A DNA stretch of 64,000 nucleotides from positions 8,297,937 to 8,361,936 of the forward strand of contig CAVNZM010000011.1 in NCBI GenBank assembly GCA_963693365.1, given 5' to 3'. The stretch is from Amoebidium appalachense (lineage: Eukaryota; Protista; Ichthyosporea). The translations under genes were made by a program, and so were the position numbers. Positions 1 to 21,373 of this stretch are shown here, one piece after another. The notes beneath the pieces were generated by a model. That model was not told where the DNA came from and did no database searches. It worked only from the letters and a program-made list of their open reading frames with translations. Position 1 is the stretch's first letter; every line of letters begins with the position of its first letter.

Positions 1-279
1 ATTATTAGAGTGAGCCAATAGACTTAGCTCGTGCAGGCGCACGATAGAATTCATTAGATCGGAATGCATGGAATGTGGCATTGTGGGGGGGCGGGTGGTA
101 ATGACTGAGGGCACGGCCTTGATGGCCGCAGTTGTGACTTAGCTTGGTTCCGTTTGGATCTCAGGTTGCCCGTTGGAGCCCTGCCTAATAATAAACTTTA
201 CAGTTTTTTCGTACACGTTCGTTCCTTTCCGTGTGTGTACACTTAGAAGAGTGCCGCGTCTCTTAATACATACACGTTA

Positions 280-1164
280 GGATACGACACACGACGTGGA
301 CCAACTACCAGCGCTAGCGTGAGGTGGACCTCTACCTTCAGTTCACTTCCGCCTACGGTCTTGCCCCTTGGCCCATGGATACCCCGCGTGCCTTCGCCTT
401 TGCAGTGCCCACATTGCCATGCCTCCACCCGTGCCGTCAAGCCTGAGTCCCTGGATTCCGTTTTTGCGGCGCTGCGTAAGAACCACGTTTTGCGGGGGTG
501 GGCCTATCCCGATCCCGAACTGATCGCCGCCGACAAGAAGGGCTACGCCAAGATTTATTACGCCCAGCACACTGAGATCCTGGAACCCGCCGCTCTCCCG
601 TCCCCCGTGCTCCGTGAGAAATCTTCGATCTCGTTCTCCCCGACCCAGATGCCGGCGTGGCAGTACCTTGCCGTGATCTCCTTTCTTTTCGGCCTGCGTG
701 TCTCCACCGCCGCTGCCCTGTCCCCTTCCTGTTTTGAGTGGGGCAGTGATGGTTCCTTGTCCATTAAGTTGCCCTTCCGCAAGCGAGGCGCTGCCAAGCC
801 CAAGCGTGTTGTTGGTCCCCGTCTCCTTCACGTCGACCTCCGTCTCTGGATCATCGAGCGCCTCCGTCAGTATGAAAATCTGCAGATCGATCGCATGAGC
901 CCTACTGCTTCCTATCAGGCGACCAATCGCGCCCTCCGTGACCTGCTGCAGCTTTGCTCCCTGCCGCCAGCGCTCGTCCCCGAGATGCACTGGCATTCCC
1001 TGCGGCATGCCATGGTGGATGCTTGTGGTGCGATTGGTGTGCCCGAAGGCTCCATTCGCGGTCTCGGCCACTGGGATTCCTCCGAATTCCGCAACTACGG
1101 CCAGCCCCGGGCGGAACAGTCCGCCGATCGGTTTTTCTTTGGTGATCTGGCTCCGAGGCCCTAA
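280..1164 (+). mobile_element. Tyrosine recombinase (YR) of a DIRS/Ngaro-type retroelement or Crypton-like element; N-terminus degenerate
   Basis: ORF 319..1164 has the full YR catalytic set: FGLR(VST), a probable Lys in PFRKR, HSLRH, GHW and FRNY. An N-terminal core-binding-like segment (RHTTWTNYQR*REVDLYLQFTSAYGLAPWPMD) lies in another frame at ~280-410 with a stop, so this copy is decayed or mis-sequenced. No RT/RNaseH is visible in the window. Confidence 0.85.
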
Positions 1165-1206
1165 GTTTTTTCTTGTGTTCGTTCGCCCCTTTTGTTTGGT
1201 CGCAGT

Positions 1207-1682
1207 AGCATTTGGATTCTCAGAAGCCAATCATCAATAGTGACTCTATTTCGATTAGTTCTTCGAATCATGACCTGATTGGGTGGAAATACACCAATTA
1301 TCTTTCAAGAAAGCATAGTTGTTTTGTATTCATGGTCTGGCGCTGAATCTCGGCTGCAGCCGAGGGAAGCCTTGATCAGTCTTCCCTCACTCAGCGCCAC
1401 TTGTACCCAACCCATCCCGCCTGCGTCTTCCTTTGCTCTCACTTAGTTTTTGTTAGCTTGCACACACGATCTGCAGTTAGATTCAGGGTACATACAGTAA
1501 ACGCGAAAAGTGTCCCAAATTCGAGCGGTTTACTGTATTTAGTACTGCCATGTATATAAAGGCTTTCATCTTTATTGATCTCTTGCGATTGACCGGCAAC
1601 TGGATTGCCGATCCCAGCCGATCTCAGCCGAGTCAGCTGTCAGAGCTCGAATAAAAGTTGAAAGCATTTGGATTCTCAGAAG
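1207..1682. repeat. 20-bp direct repeat (AGCATTTGGATTCTCAGAAG at 1207-1226 and 1663-1682) bracketing a structured region; candidate split terminal repeat of the YR element
   Basis: Exact 20-mer seen twice. The interior contains TATATAAAGG (~1553), AATAAA (~1650) and several inverted repeats. Confidence 0.6.
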
Positions 1683-2088
1683 ACAGTGTGCACAGTACAA
1701 GTAAGCGTGTTTGTCGTTGAAGTGTAGTTTGCTACAATTTCAAAGTCCTGAATGTTTTTTTGAAACGGAGAGTAGCGTTATACACCTGCATGACTTAGAG
1801 CACCTTAAATCGTGTTGTGATCATAAGTAGTTGCCTGTGGAGCCGCGTCGCTTCTATACTCTCAGCCCACTATTCTCGCTCTCTCTCTCTCTCTCTTAGT
1901 ATACACCTGCTTTTGGAGCAAAACCTCACCACCGTGGGCCCATCCCATTCCACTCCAACAGAGAAAGAAGCCGAGACAAGACAAACCACGACTGAAAACT
2001 CGTAAAACGGTAAGTGATACGGTGTATTGCTACATTTTAAAAGGCGCTGCGGTGGGTGACTCTTGCCTGCAGGTGACCTTGGTTTTTT

Positions 2089-2281
2089 TCTTCTTCTTCT
2101 TCTTCTTCTTCTTCTTCTTCTTCTTCTTCTTCTTCTTCTTCTTCTTCTTCTTCTTCTTCTTCTTCTTCTTCTTCTTCTTCTTCTTCTTCTTCTTCTTCTT
2201 CTTCTTCTTCTTCTTCTTCTTCTTCTTCTTCTTCTTCTTCTTCTTCTTCTTCTTCTTCTTCTTCTTCTTCTTCTTCTTCTT

Positions 2282-2311
<30 letters not shown>
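2089..2311. repeat. (TTC)n microsatellite, about 74 units
   Basis: Direct inspection; lies upstream of the PKA-R coding region, probably in a 5' UTR intron (donor G|GTAAGT at ~2010). Confidence 0.95.
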
Positions 2312-2312
<1 letters not shown>

Positions 2313-2570
2313 TTTTTTTTTTTTTTTGGGCAGTTTTAACATCAGCCTGTTTGTGCTTGGTGGTGTGCGGGTGTGTGTGCGGGTGTGCGCGTTGCGTGTG
2401 CGCGTGCGCTTGGCTGTTTTGCATTCTGTGTCGTTCGGCTGCTGACTTTGTGGATAGCGCAGTTGCTCTCACTTGGTTGTGAGCGTACGTGCCTACACTT
2501 CTGCGTGTCTTTGTGTCGCGTCACCCTCCCTCTCCCTCTCCTCCCTCCCACTCGTTCCCCCCCTCCCCCT

Positions 2571-2619
<49 letters not shown>

Positions 2620-2623
2620 CCTC

Positions 2624-2654
<31 letters not shown>

Positions 2655-2738
2655 ACCTCCTTCTCTCTCTAGCTCTCACTCTCTCTCTCTCTCGCTTTCT
2701 TCCCCCTCCCCCCCCCCCCCTCTCTCTCCCCCCCTTCT

Positions 2739-2875
<137 letters not shown>

Positions 2876-2958
2876 CCCCCCTCCCTCCCTCCCTCCTTCC
2901 CCTTCCCTCCCTCCCTCCCCCTCCCCCCCTCCCTCCCTCCCTCACTCACTCACTCCCT

Positions 2959-3045
<87 letters not shown>

Positions 3046-3559
3046 CCCCCCCCCTCTCCCCCCCTCTCTCCCTCCCCTCCTCCCCTCCCTCCCTCCCTCC
3101 CTTCCTTCTTCCCCCCCCCCCCCCCACCACCACCACCACCACCCCCTCTCTCTCTTCTCTCCCTCCCTCTCTCTCACTTTATGGTTAGGCTTCTGTAAGC
3201 TTGTGTGTGCACATACGGCTTTTGTGAGTATTGACTTGTCCGCTTGTGTTGCGTGTTTGATGTCTTGGTTCATTTGCCTTTGTTTTTTTATTGGAACCAT
3301 GGGCAAGGAATGAGCAAGTCCAGTTTGCTTTAGCTTGTTCTTTATGTTTCACGAGGCTTTACGTGGGTATTTTCGTTATTCGAGGAGAATATGTGCGGCC
3401 GTGCGGCGGCGGAGGAGGGGAAGGGGGGGGGAGGGGGGGGAGAGGGGGGGGGGGGGGGGGCAAGCATGGAGCGTGGCGCCCTCTCTGTATGTTGAGTAGT
3501 TTTTCTTGGCCCCTAGATACACGGGTACGGGCACGAAAAGCAATCTTCCTGTTTTTTTT

Positions 3560-3677
3560 TTCAAGGGCCCTCTCGGGACAGGCCAAAATGCTCTTCGATG
3601 CGCATCTATTCAATCACCATGCGAAACTCGCTTTTGGGTCTGGGCCGACCCGTATGCCTATAAGAAACCCCCTTTAA
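3560..3677 (+). mobile_element. Partial copy of a ~130-bp TTAA-flanked MITE family (see 57382)
   Basis: Shares gggccc..cggg.cagg, gatgcgca, gggtctg..ccgacc and the AGAAACCCCC(T)TTAA end with 57382-57519. Confidence 0.55.
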
Positions 3678-3809
3678 CATCTGCTTAAAAAAACCCCTTA
3701 ATATCTGCTATCATCTTTTTTTTTGCATCTGCTAACATCTTTTTCCAACATCTGCGAACACCGTTTTTTGGTGATTGTTTATAGCCCACCAGGGCGTATT
3801 GCAGAGGAG

Positions 3810-11829
<8,020 letters not shown>

Positions 11830-12420
11830 CGGGATATATGTGCATGTGGGTGGTGGATAGATTATTGGGTATACCCTTATTTGGATAGATTTTGTATTCT
11901 CCTCATTTGGGTAGGCTTCTAATTATATCCTTCATTGGATAGACTGTGGATATTCCATCTTTGGATAGATTTTGGGTATATCCTTCTTTGACTGGACTTT
12001 TGGATTTATCCTTCTTTGAATATGCTTTTGGATATACCCTTATTTGGATAGACCTTGGATATCCTTTTTGCGGGGAGATGTACCTGCCAGAGGGTGTTGA
12101 TATGATTTGGATATGCCCTGAATGCGGAGAGATATTTCTCCGCTTTGGATTTATCTTTATTGCATAGGGAGGTATGTAATTGGTTTTTGGGATATTGTTT
12201 GGATATACCCTAGGTTGGATTGTGCAAAGTGACAAGATACTTGCCCTCTGGATATTTCTCTATTGCATTGGAGGTGTGTCAGTGAGTTTATTTCTTCCAA
12301 ATGGATATACTTTGGATATTCCCTGGATGCGAAGAGATATCTGTCGATGATTTTTTTAATAGGGTTTGGATATACTCGTTTGCAGAGTTTCATATCTAGA
12401 TATTTTACCTTCATTGTACC
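11830..12420. repeat. Degenerate short tandem repeat (TTGGATAT-like) just downstream of the PKA-R stop codon
   Basis: Many imperfect ttggata/ggatat units with irregular spacing. Confidence 0.6.
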
Positions 12421-12627
12421 TCGGTTTATATCTCGTTCTATAGAGGTACTTGGACCCTCGCTCTCTTTTTTTCCTTTTTGTTTTTATTTGCTTGGATTAT
12501 TGTCTTGCATAGTTCGTTTATTGCCGTCCTTCCTCCTCGTACCTGCCGCGTTTTTCGTCATGTTTTCCACACAGGCCTCCGGTGATGGTGCATGTGTGTG
12601 TGTGTTTGGGTGAGTGCATGGGTAGGT

Positions 12628-12662
<35 letters not shown>

Positions 12663-13104
12663 TGTGTGTCTAGGCTACTTTTTATTATTTCCTTTTTGGG
12701 GGGGGGGGGGGGGGGGTTGGCATCAGATGTAAATTTATTCTACTAAGTTGCTGGCAAACAACCGTGGAGGGAAAAAACCCATTGCCTGCCATCTAACAGC
12801 AAAAAGATGAATCAGTTCTGAATACCATGATCCTGTGTTTGTTTGTTTTTTTGTGGTTTTTTCCCTCCCCTTTCCTTTTCCGTCGATGCTTTTTTGTACA
12901 ATCTCAACGTGTGCATGTGGCGGCAAAACAGGAGGCCTAGGCGCTACAACTGATATTAAGGGTGAAAGTAATATATTGAAAACTGATCCGCCCTTGGCCC
13001 ACTTGAATATAGCAGTGTTAACTTCTTTCCCCCCCCCCCCCCCTCTCCTCCCCCCTCCCCCGGGGGGCCCCCCACAACACATACACACACACACACACAC
13101 GTGC

Positions 13105-13150
<46 letters not shown>

Positions 13151-13192
13151 GTGTAGTACTACACACACACTGGCAATACATGTGCATGCTCA

Positions 13193-13230
<38 letters not shown>

Positions 13231-13627
13231 GCAATACATGTGCATGCTCACACGCTGCAGCGGCAGTTAGGTTTTCATCCGGGCCACCCCCCTCACGTAC
13301 ACACACACACACACACACGAACACACAGGGACGTACCACCTCCACTGCCCTTCCCCCCCCCCCCCCCTCCCTGTAGAACTTCCTCCCAACTTCAGGTGCA
13401 GCTGCTTCACGTACAGTGTTTGCACCATGTGCTTTACTATAATAGTTGGCTGGGAAAGCTTAAGTTGAAAAAGATATATCATCGGCTGCATGGCATTGCA
13501 TAGCTCGAGCATATTCATGTGTATGTGGGTGCGGTGGTCGGGGATGCCCGGGGTATATAGGGGATGTGGTGGGGGTGGGGGGGTGTGCTTGGGTTTATAT
13601 GTGGTAGGGAAGCGAGGACGGAGGCCT

Positions 13628-13674
<47 letters not shown>

Positions 13675-14454
13675 GTCGCTACTTTCAAAAGTTCTAAACA
13701 TCGCAATCACACAAATTAACTGTTGTTACTAAGCACCATATGTAGGCGAGGCAGATCCGATTATACTCTGACGTCATGAAAACGTAGCTCAGCGACAATA
13801 TTTTTTAGGAATAACGGGTATGCAAAGGGGTTCGGGAGGGAAGAGGAGGAGGGTCGTGGTGGTGGTGGGAGGGGGGGGCGAGGGGAGGGGGCGGGGCGAG
13901 TGGGAGAGGGGAGGGGGGGGGGGGAGGGGGGGGGAGGGGAATTTATCATGGCAGGCTAAATCCGTTTCAAGTCGACGTGGTCTTTGAAACTTAATCTGGA
14001 TTGGACTAGTCTTGTATTGATATTCTCTCAGGCATGCCTGTACTTGTGTGTGTGTGTGTGTGTGTAGATGTGTGTGTGTTTGTGTGCGTGTGTGTGTGTG
14101 TGTGCCCGCGCACATATGCGCCTTTGCCTTTTTGGATCGAATGCAAACACAGCCTGATTACAACATCACACGTTCATTCATTCGTTCTTTAACACCTCCC
14201 CCCCCCCCCCCTCCACAAATCAAAGAAGTAAAAAGGTAGTTTCGTAAATAAAAAATAAAAAAGTTGAAAAATAGAACCATTATGATAATAACCCGTATAC
14301 AACCACTATGTTCAAATCCGGCCCCACAAAGTTGCCATTAATTAATGCACATTTGCTAATAACCGCTAGGAGTTAGAAGAGATGTAATCCAAATACATAC
14401 ACCCGTTTATATTGAATATTATTTGCATCACCTTTGCCCAAGTCTGGGAACCTA

Positions 14455-14522
<68 letters not shown>

Positions 14523-14605
14523 TCAACAAAACAGACAAGAATGATGAGCGAATCCCCCCCCCCCCCCCCCCCCCTCCCCCCCTCCCCTCCCCCCCCCCTC
14601 CCAAA

Positions 14606-14696
<91 letters not shown>

Positions 14697-14760
14697 AAAG
14701 AAAGAGAGAAAGAAAGGAAGGAAAAGAAAAAAAAAGAAAGAAAAAAGAAAATACCAACGA

Positions 14761-16711
14761 CTACCTCACGCCCACCCTCTCCAACCTGGCCACCAACTCC
14801 GCAATCTGCTGCCGATACATCTCCTTCACATCCATCAAATCCAGCCTCAATTCCTCCGCCTGTTCAGCTCTCTCCCCATACATCTGCAGCGCCGTGTTAT
14901 ATTTCCTCTCCATTTCTTTCACCTGCTCTCTCAATTCTGGAACTTGCGCACACTCCGCTCTAGCTTCCTCTATCTCCACGTGAACACGCGCTAATTCTTC
15001 CGCTAAAGCGGTGCGGCTCGCTTCGACGTCCCCTAATTGACGTTGAAGGGAGATAACTTCCCCCTCACGTTGTCTCAACGCGAAACGTAACTGGGATACA
15101 ACCGTCCCCCCTTCCCCGTCTCCTTCCTGAGAAATGTTTGTCCCCGAGCGGACAAAATCCTCTCCTCCAATTATCACACTGCTTGATACCCGTCGGGTCG
15201 GCCCGCCGCCGCCCGACCCAAAATGGTGAGCCGGATCGATGCCCGTACGCATGACCAACCCGGACGCACCGCTCCGAACACTGTCCGTTTCGAATCGGTC
15301 CGGATCGTCGTGACCCGGTTCGGTCGGTCCGGTCCGAATCGTCTCCTCCAACTGCGCGCATTTTCGCTCCAAATCGGAAAATTGCGCTTTCAGATCGGCG
15401 ATCTTTGCGTCCGATTGCGCGATCTGCTTTTCCAACCCGTGTTTTGTCTCCGTATATTCATCTTTCTCCCTTTCGTATGCCGCTCTCAATGCCTCCTGTC
15501 TCGCTCTCTCCCCGTCTCTCTCGTGTTGTATCTTTGTTACTGTTTGTGTCGCTAGTGCGAGTTCATACGTGAGAAGTTGTTTTTCCCTCCGTTCGTTTTC
15601 AAGCGTCGATTGGAGTTGGTGTAATCGTTCCTCCGATTGCTCAGCCGTGGTGCGGAGTTGGGATTGTTGACGGAGTGTTGAGTCGAGTTGCGCCTGTGTG
15701 TGCGTGTGTGTATGTGTGTGTACGTGTGTGTGTGCGTATGAGTGTGTCTGTGTCTGCGTGTCTGTGCGTGCACACACGCGCGCGTGCGTGTGTGTGTGTG
15801 CCCGAGGTTATACATGCATGTGTACGTGTGTACGTGTGTGTGTGTGTGTGTGTGCGTGCGCATGTGTATAAATGCGCGTTTTTGTGTGTGTGCGTGCACG
15901 CGTGGGTGTATGCGTCTGTGTGTGTGTATGTGTGTGTGTGTGTTTGTGAGTCGGCACTCTCTCCAGCAACGTCACACGCATTTAAGGTCTGTATGGCCTC
16001 ATTCCCGAAATGTTTAAACAGAATTCGATAGGCAGAGGGGTTGAGAAAAGGTATCCGAATCCGCAAAGGACAGCCCATCCTCAAGGGTGCTCACGTCATC
16101 CACAAGACAAATCGGATTTGACATACAACAGAGATTGTGATTTATGAAATAAATAAAAATCTGCAATAGGATTTTTGTATAGATTGAAGAAAAGGGCAAT
16201 AGTAATCTAAGAGTAGGAAAGAAAAAAAAAGTCTACTTTATAATATAATAGGGGGGGGGAGGGGCAGAAGGTGAAAACCACTTAAACCCCAGGTGAAAAA
16301 CACCTAAACCCCTTCAAAGCCGCCGCTCCCCCCCTCCCTCCCCCCCCCCCCCCCCCCCTTTCTCCCCCCCTTCTTTCCCCCTCGGTATCCTTTACCACCA
16401 AAAGATAAAAACATAAATCCCTCGAACCTGCAAATCGTCGATCCTCGTGACCAAGGCCCTCCCCTGGTCCTCCCACACCCCCATAGCGTCCTCGTGAGCC
16501 AATCGCATTGCTTCGATCTGCCTTAGCAACGGTCGTGTCGCGATCGCAATATCTCCTGCCAAATCGCCAGCGCGCTCTTCCAAACCCTGTAGGCGGGACT
16601 GCAGGGTTGCGATTTCGTTGGCGTGGTGGCGTTCCCGCTCGCTCTCGTGCTGTTGGGAAGATTCGAGAAGGCCTCGGAGCTCGTCGATTTGAGAGAGGAG
16701 AGCCTCCTGTA

Positions 16712-16762
<51 letters not shown>

Positions 16763-17281
16763 GGGCCGGGATGGGTGTGTGTGTGTGTGTAAGGGCGGGG
16801 ATGGGTGTGTGTGTGTGTGTGTAAGGGCGGGGATGGGTGTGTGTGTGTGTGTGTAAGGGCGGGGATGGGTGTGTGTGTGTCTGTGGGTAAGGGCGGGGAT
16901 GGGTATGTGTGTTGGGGCGGGAGGGGGTGTAGGTGTTTGTGTGTTGGGTGGTGGTGGTGGTCGGGGGAGGGGGCGGGGGGGGGGGGGGGGGGGGAGGGGG
17001 GGGGGGAGGGGGGGGGAAGAAGGGAGTAAGGTATGTGCGTGTGTGGGGCGAGCGGAGTGGTGGTGATGGTGGTGATGGTAGTGGTGGTGGGTGGGTGGGG
17101 GAGGGGGGGGGGGGGGGGGGGGAGGGGGAGGGGGGGGGGGGGGGGGAGGAGTGTGAGTGAGTGTGAATAAGTTGGTGAATGAGTGAGTGAGTGAGTGAGT
17201 GAGCAAGTGAGCAAGTGAGTGAGTGAGTGAGTGTGTGTGTGTGTGCGCGTGTATCTCTATATGCGTGTATGTGTGTGTGGT

Positions 17282-17318
<37 letters not shown>

Positions 17319-19579
17319 GGAGGGGTGTGTATCTATGTGTGTGTGGGCACCCACGCGTACTCGCCTGCGTTTGTGTATAATTGTGTGTGTGCGTGTGAGT
17401 TACGGAGTTTAGAATGTGGCACACCGTGTGGTGACCAATAGAAGCAGGGTTTTGGGGTTTGACCCCTCGTGATGTGGAAAAAGGTTCAAGAGCGGGGCAA
17501 AAGGAACCAATGTCAGTGAAAAAGGAGAGTGAGAAACCAGAACAGACATACAATACAATAAAACGGTACCGTAACCCCCCCCCCCCCCCCCCCCCCTCCC
17601 CCCTCCTCGGAGGCCATAACCTCAATCCCCACTCAGCAGGAATACAAAATATCCAGAGTCCCCCCTCCCCCCTCCCCCATCTCTTTCCCCTCTGCACCCC
17701 CCCAACCCCCCTACGGGCATCCCTCAAACACAGGCACGTACAAGCACACATCCATGTACATGTACACAGGCACACACACCCATCCCCTCCCCTCCCTCCC
17801 CCCCCCCCCCCACACACACACACACCCACCCACCCACCCACCCACTCACCCACCCGCACGCACACGTACACACACGTACACAGACACACACACCTTCTCA
17901 GCGTTGTGCCTCTCCCTCTCCGCCTCCATCGCCTCCCTCACCCCCTGCTGGCTCGCCTGCCCACTGCTCATCGCCTCCCTAACCGCTTCCTCCAATCTCC
18001 TCTCCCCATCCATCCTCACCATCTCCAACTCCCTCTCCAAATCAGCCACCCGCAATTTCGCATTCTGCTCAGTGTCCTTCACAGACGCCAACTCCCGCCT
18101 CAACGCGAGCAAATCCCTCCCTTGGGCATCCGAGACATCGTTAATCTTCTGCAGCGCATCTTTCATGTTCCTCTCCACATTCTGCAATTCCTTCATCTCG
18201 CCTGCCTGTCGTTCGACCACGGCATCCTTGTCCTTCAGCTGCGACATCAACCTCTCCAATCTCATCTCCGTCTCCCTCAGATCCGCTCTCGTTTTTTTCA
18301 GCGCCGTTTCTCGCGTGTGCATTTGTTTCGACAATGCCGTCCCCTCCGCCATTAACCCCGCCACCTCCTCCTCCTTTTCCGCTAATGCCTCCTGTAATTC
18401 CTCCTCCGTTTTTTTGCATTCCGCATGTGTTTTTCTCAATCTCTCCAACTCGTTCCGAAACATGTCCCTCTCCTGGACAAGCTGCGCCGCCTCCCCCGTC
18501 GCTCCCTCTCTCTCCGTCGTCAATTCTCCCATCTGCTGCCTTAATCTTTCGACCTCCTCTTGGAGTTCACCGTTTTGGCGTGCCAAGGACATGAGTTGTC
18601 TTTCTCTTTGCTCCAAAAGCGCATGATCGCTCGGAACTGCCGATATTTTCCCGCCCGAAGGCGCTTGTGTGGGTGGCGAGAGAGGTGAGGGGGTGGCGGG
18701 TGAAGGCGGTGCCGGTAATGACAAGAGAGCCGGGGGTGCTGGTTTCGGTGATGACTGCGGAGTGGTTGCTGCCTTATTTGGCGGCGTGGGCGTTGGGGGC
18801 GTGGGGGATGATGGTGTGACCACATCTATGGATGGGTTGGGTTGGGGCGGGTGTGTGTCTGCCGGCATCGGCTCCGCGGGAAGATCTACATCTTCCGTTT
18901 GCCACCCGTGCTTTTCTTCCTCCTGTGTGGTTTCAGTTCTCGTTTCGTGCTCTTGTTCCTTTCTCTCAACCCCTCCATCTTCCTCATGTTCAGCTGTACT
19001 TGGCTCCTCTCCCCTCTCTTTCGTCCCCTCCGACTGTTCAACACTCTCATTCTCTCCCTCTCTTTTCACCACATCTCCCACCTTTTCTTGCTCTTTTATA
19101 TCTTTCACATCCCCTTCTATCCCTTTCGTTTCTCCATCCATTACATCTCCGTTAATGACGTCCTCCGTTAGATCCCTGCCCCCTGCTTCCACCCCTTCCG
19201 TCTCGCCCACATCTTTCCTCTCTCTTCCCCCTTCCTTCTCTTTCTCCACATTTCTCTCTTCCACATTATCCCCGTTATGCACATTCTCCTCTTCGTTTTC
19301 CTTCGTCTCCTTCTCTTCCCCTTTAGGTGTTACGGCCGGGGATCTCTCCACACTAGGGCTCCTTTTCGGTTTCGTCGGCGTTTGCGTAGGCGGAGGGATG
19401 AAGAATCCGCCATCAAATTCAGCAAAGTTATTTTCTCCGCCAGCGTTTATGGCGTTAGGATCAATCTCCAATGCTTGATCAATTGCTGCTGTCGCCTTTT
19501 CCATCCCCTCCTTTGCTTGCTCCATGGCCTGTTTGGCAAGGCTCGCAAGCCTGTCCGGTTTGATTGAAAACCAACTCAT
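14761..19579 (-). CDS. TMF1: TATA element modulatory factor 1 (TMF1/Sgm1 golgin), 3 exons, ~965 aa
   Basis: Exons 19579-17894, 16706-16428 and 15693-14761, all phase 0. N-terminus MSWFS..LASLAKQA..IDQALEI; LMAEGTALSKQ; ATRPLLRQIE; C-terminal YNTALQMYGERAEQAEELRLDLMDVKEMYRQQI. All match TMF1 hallmarks. Confidence 0.93.
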
Positions 19580-20301
19580 GTTGTCGTTACCCCTAACCCC
19601 TTGGGTATGGGCTATATCCTAAGAAAATAGGGCGCAAAAACCCCTAAATGAAACGCGTGTTTTGGAGAAACTACAAGGGGCTGGTTGGGGCTGATGAATG
19701 AATGAATTCATGTGCACGGGAGAGTGAATCGGACTCGCTACGTTTGTCTGTGCATGTACGTGGCTGACACAGCGCGTGTAGGTGACAAGAAAAAATCCGA
19801 AAAGTTAGTTTCAAAAAGGTGTATCATATATACGATGTACATATGCATAATCAAAGTTATAAATGTAAAGTTACAACATGCTCAGGGGCCCCTAATTGGT
19901 AACATCAAACATCAACGAAGGGGCATCTTCCCTTCGCGAAAACTCCTACTTCCTGTTTATATACCCGCAAGATCTCTGGCGTAAGCATTCCAATTGGTGC
20001 GCGCTTTGAGCCAATCCATAGCAACGCGCTGTCGTGTTACGCAAAAAACATTGAAGTGCATGATCAACCAATCATTTGTGTGATTGTATGCGATCGGATT
20101 TTTTCATGTTTCTTTTCCTGTCCCTTGTGGTCAGTCGTCGGTCTGAGTGGCAAAAACGGAGAAGCGCACAAGAGTATACCAACCAAAGCATCTAGGTCGA
20201 AAAGGCATATACAGAAAGCTAGCGGAGTGAACTGTATGGCTACCGACGTATTGACGTTCTTTTATCTTTTTTCGTGTGTATAGAAGAGAAACGGCAGTAA
20301 A
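19580..20301. promoter_or_regulatory. Probable bidirectional promoter between TMF1 and LAMTOR5, with CCAAT boxes
   Basis: Divergent start codons ~720 bp apart; microsatellite-free; CCAAT/ATTGG motifs at ~19895, ~19990, ~20011 and ~20068. Confidence 0.55.
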
Positions 20302-21062
20302 ATGGAGGACGGACTCAGGAAACACCTAGACGGCCTGTAAGCAGCTACCTCCCCCTCCCCCCCCCCCCCCCCTCCCCCCCTCCCCCCCCCCCCCCCCCCT
20401 CTCCGCTTTCCCTTTCTTCCCCTCCCCTACTTCTTTACCCCCCCCCCCCCCCTTTTCCCTCTCTCCCCCCCCCCTCTCCCCGCGTCCTCCACTCCCCCCC
20501 ACCCCGCCCTCCCTTCGGCCCTTCTCCTCAACCTGCCCTCACCTACCCCCCCCTTCCCAACTTTCTATTGTTTCACGCCTTTTTTTATGCCTCTTCCTCC
20601 CCTCCTCTACCCCCTCCCCCCCCCGCCCCCCTCCTCTTCACCCCCTTCACATCTGCTTAGTCATGCTCTTTCTCTCCCCCCCCCTGCGCTGTACCTGTGT
20701 TGGTGAGTCTTTCCTGCCTTGGTAGATGCCCTGCTCACGATCTTTAGTCTCCATATCCTTTTTTCGTTCCGTGAAAGCACAAAGTCACACATAAATGCAT
20801 GGATACTTCAAAACATGCAAGCACACACGAACACAGATACACTCCCACATACACACATCACAAATGTGGGCCTGCTCAAACCCACACATTCCTATGTCCA
20901 CACATACAGATACACCCACGTTACGTCACTATTCTCCGTACATTATTTTCATAATAGGCTGCATACGAAATCTACTAGTGTTCCCCCTCCCCCCCCCCCG
21001 ACATACACACACCTTTTCCCCCGGAGTCCATGCCCCCCATCCTCTCCCACTCCCCCCCCCCC

Positions 21063-21093
<31 letters not shown>

Positions 21094-21256
21094 ACATACA
21101 CACATACACACACTCTTTTTTTCTAACCTGGCCCTCCCCGTTTAACCCCTGTGTGAACTGGGCATCTGCCAGTCAGTCTTTGTGCTTCAACACATTTTCC
21201 CAACACATTCTCCGTGTACACTTTGTTCAACTTACTTTTCACCTTTTTTTTTTTTT

Positions 21257-21297
<41 letters not shown>

Positions 21298-21341
21298 TAG
21301 TGCCAATATTCTGTGTGGTGGCTGCAAACCGAAGATCCCCT

Positions 21342-21373
<32 letters not shown>

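Noticed and set aside
343-1230. 295-aa antisense ORF overlapping the recombinase
   Set aside because: No recognisable motifs; best explained as the antisense shadow of a C-ending, codon-biased gene.
13375-13520. Minus-strand peptide MNMLELCNAMQPMIYLFQLKLSQPTIIVKHMVQTL as a transposase or gene fragment
   Set aside because: Resemblance too weak; no TIRs, TSD or splice partners found.
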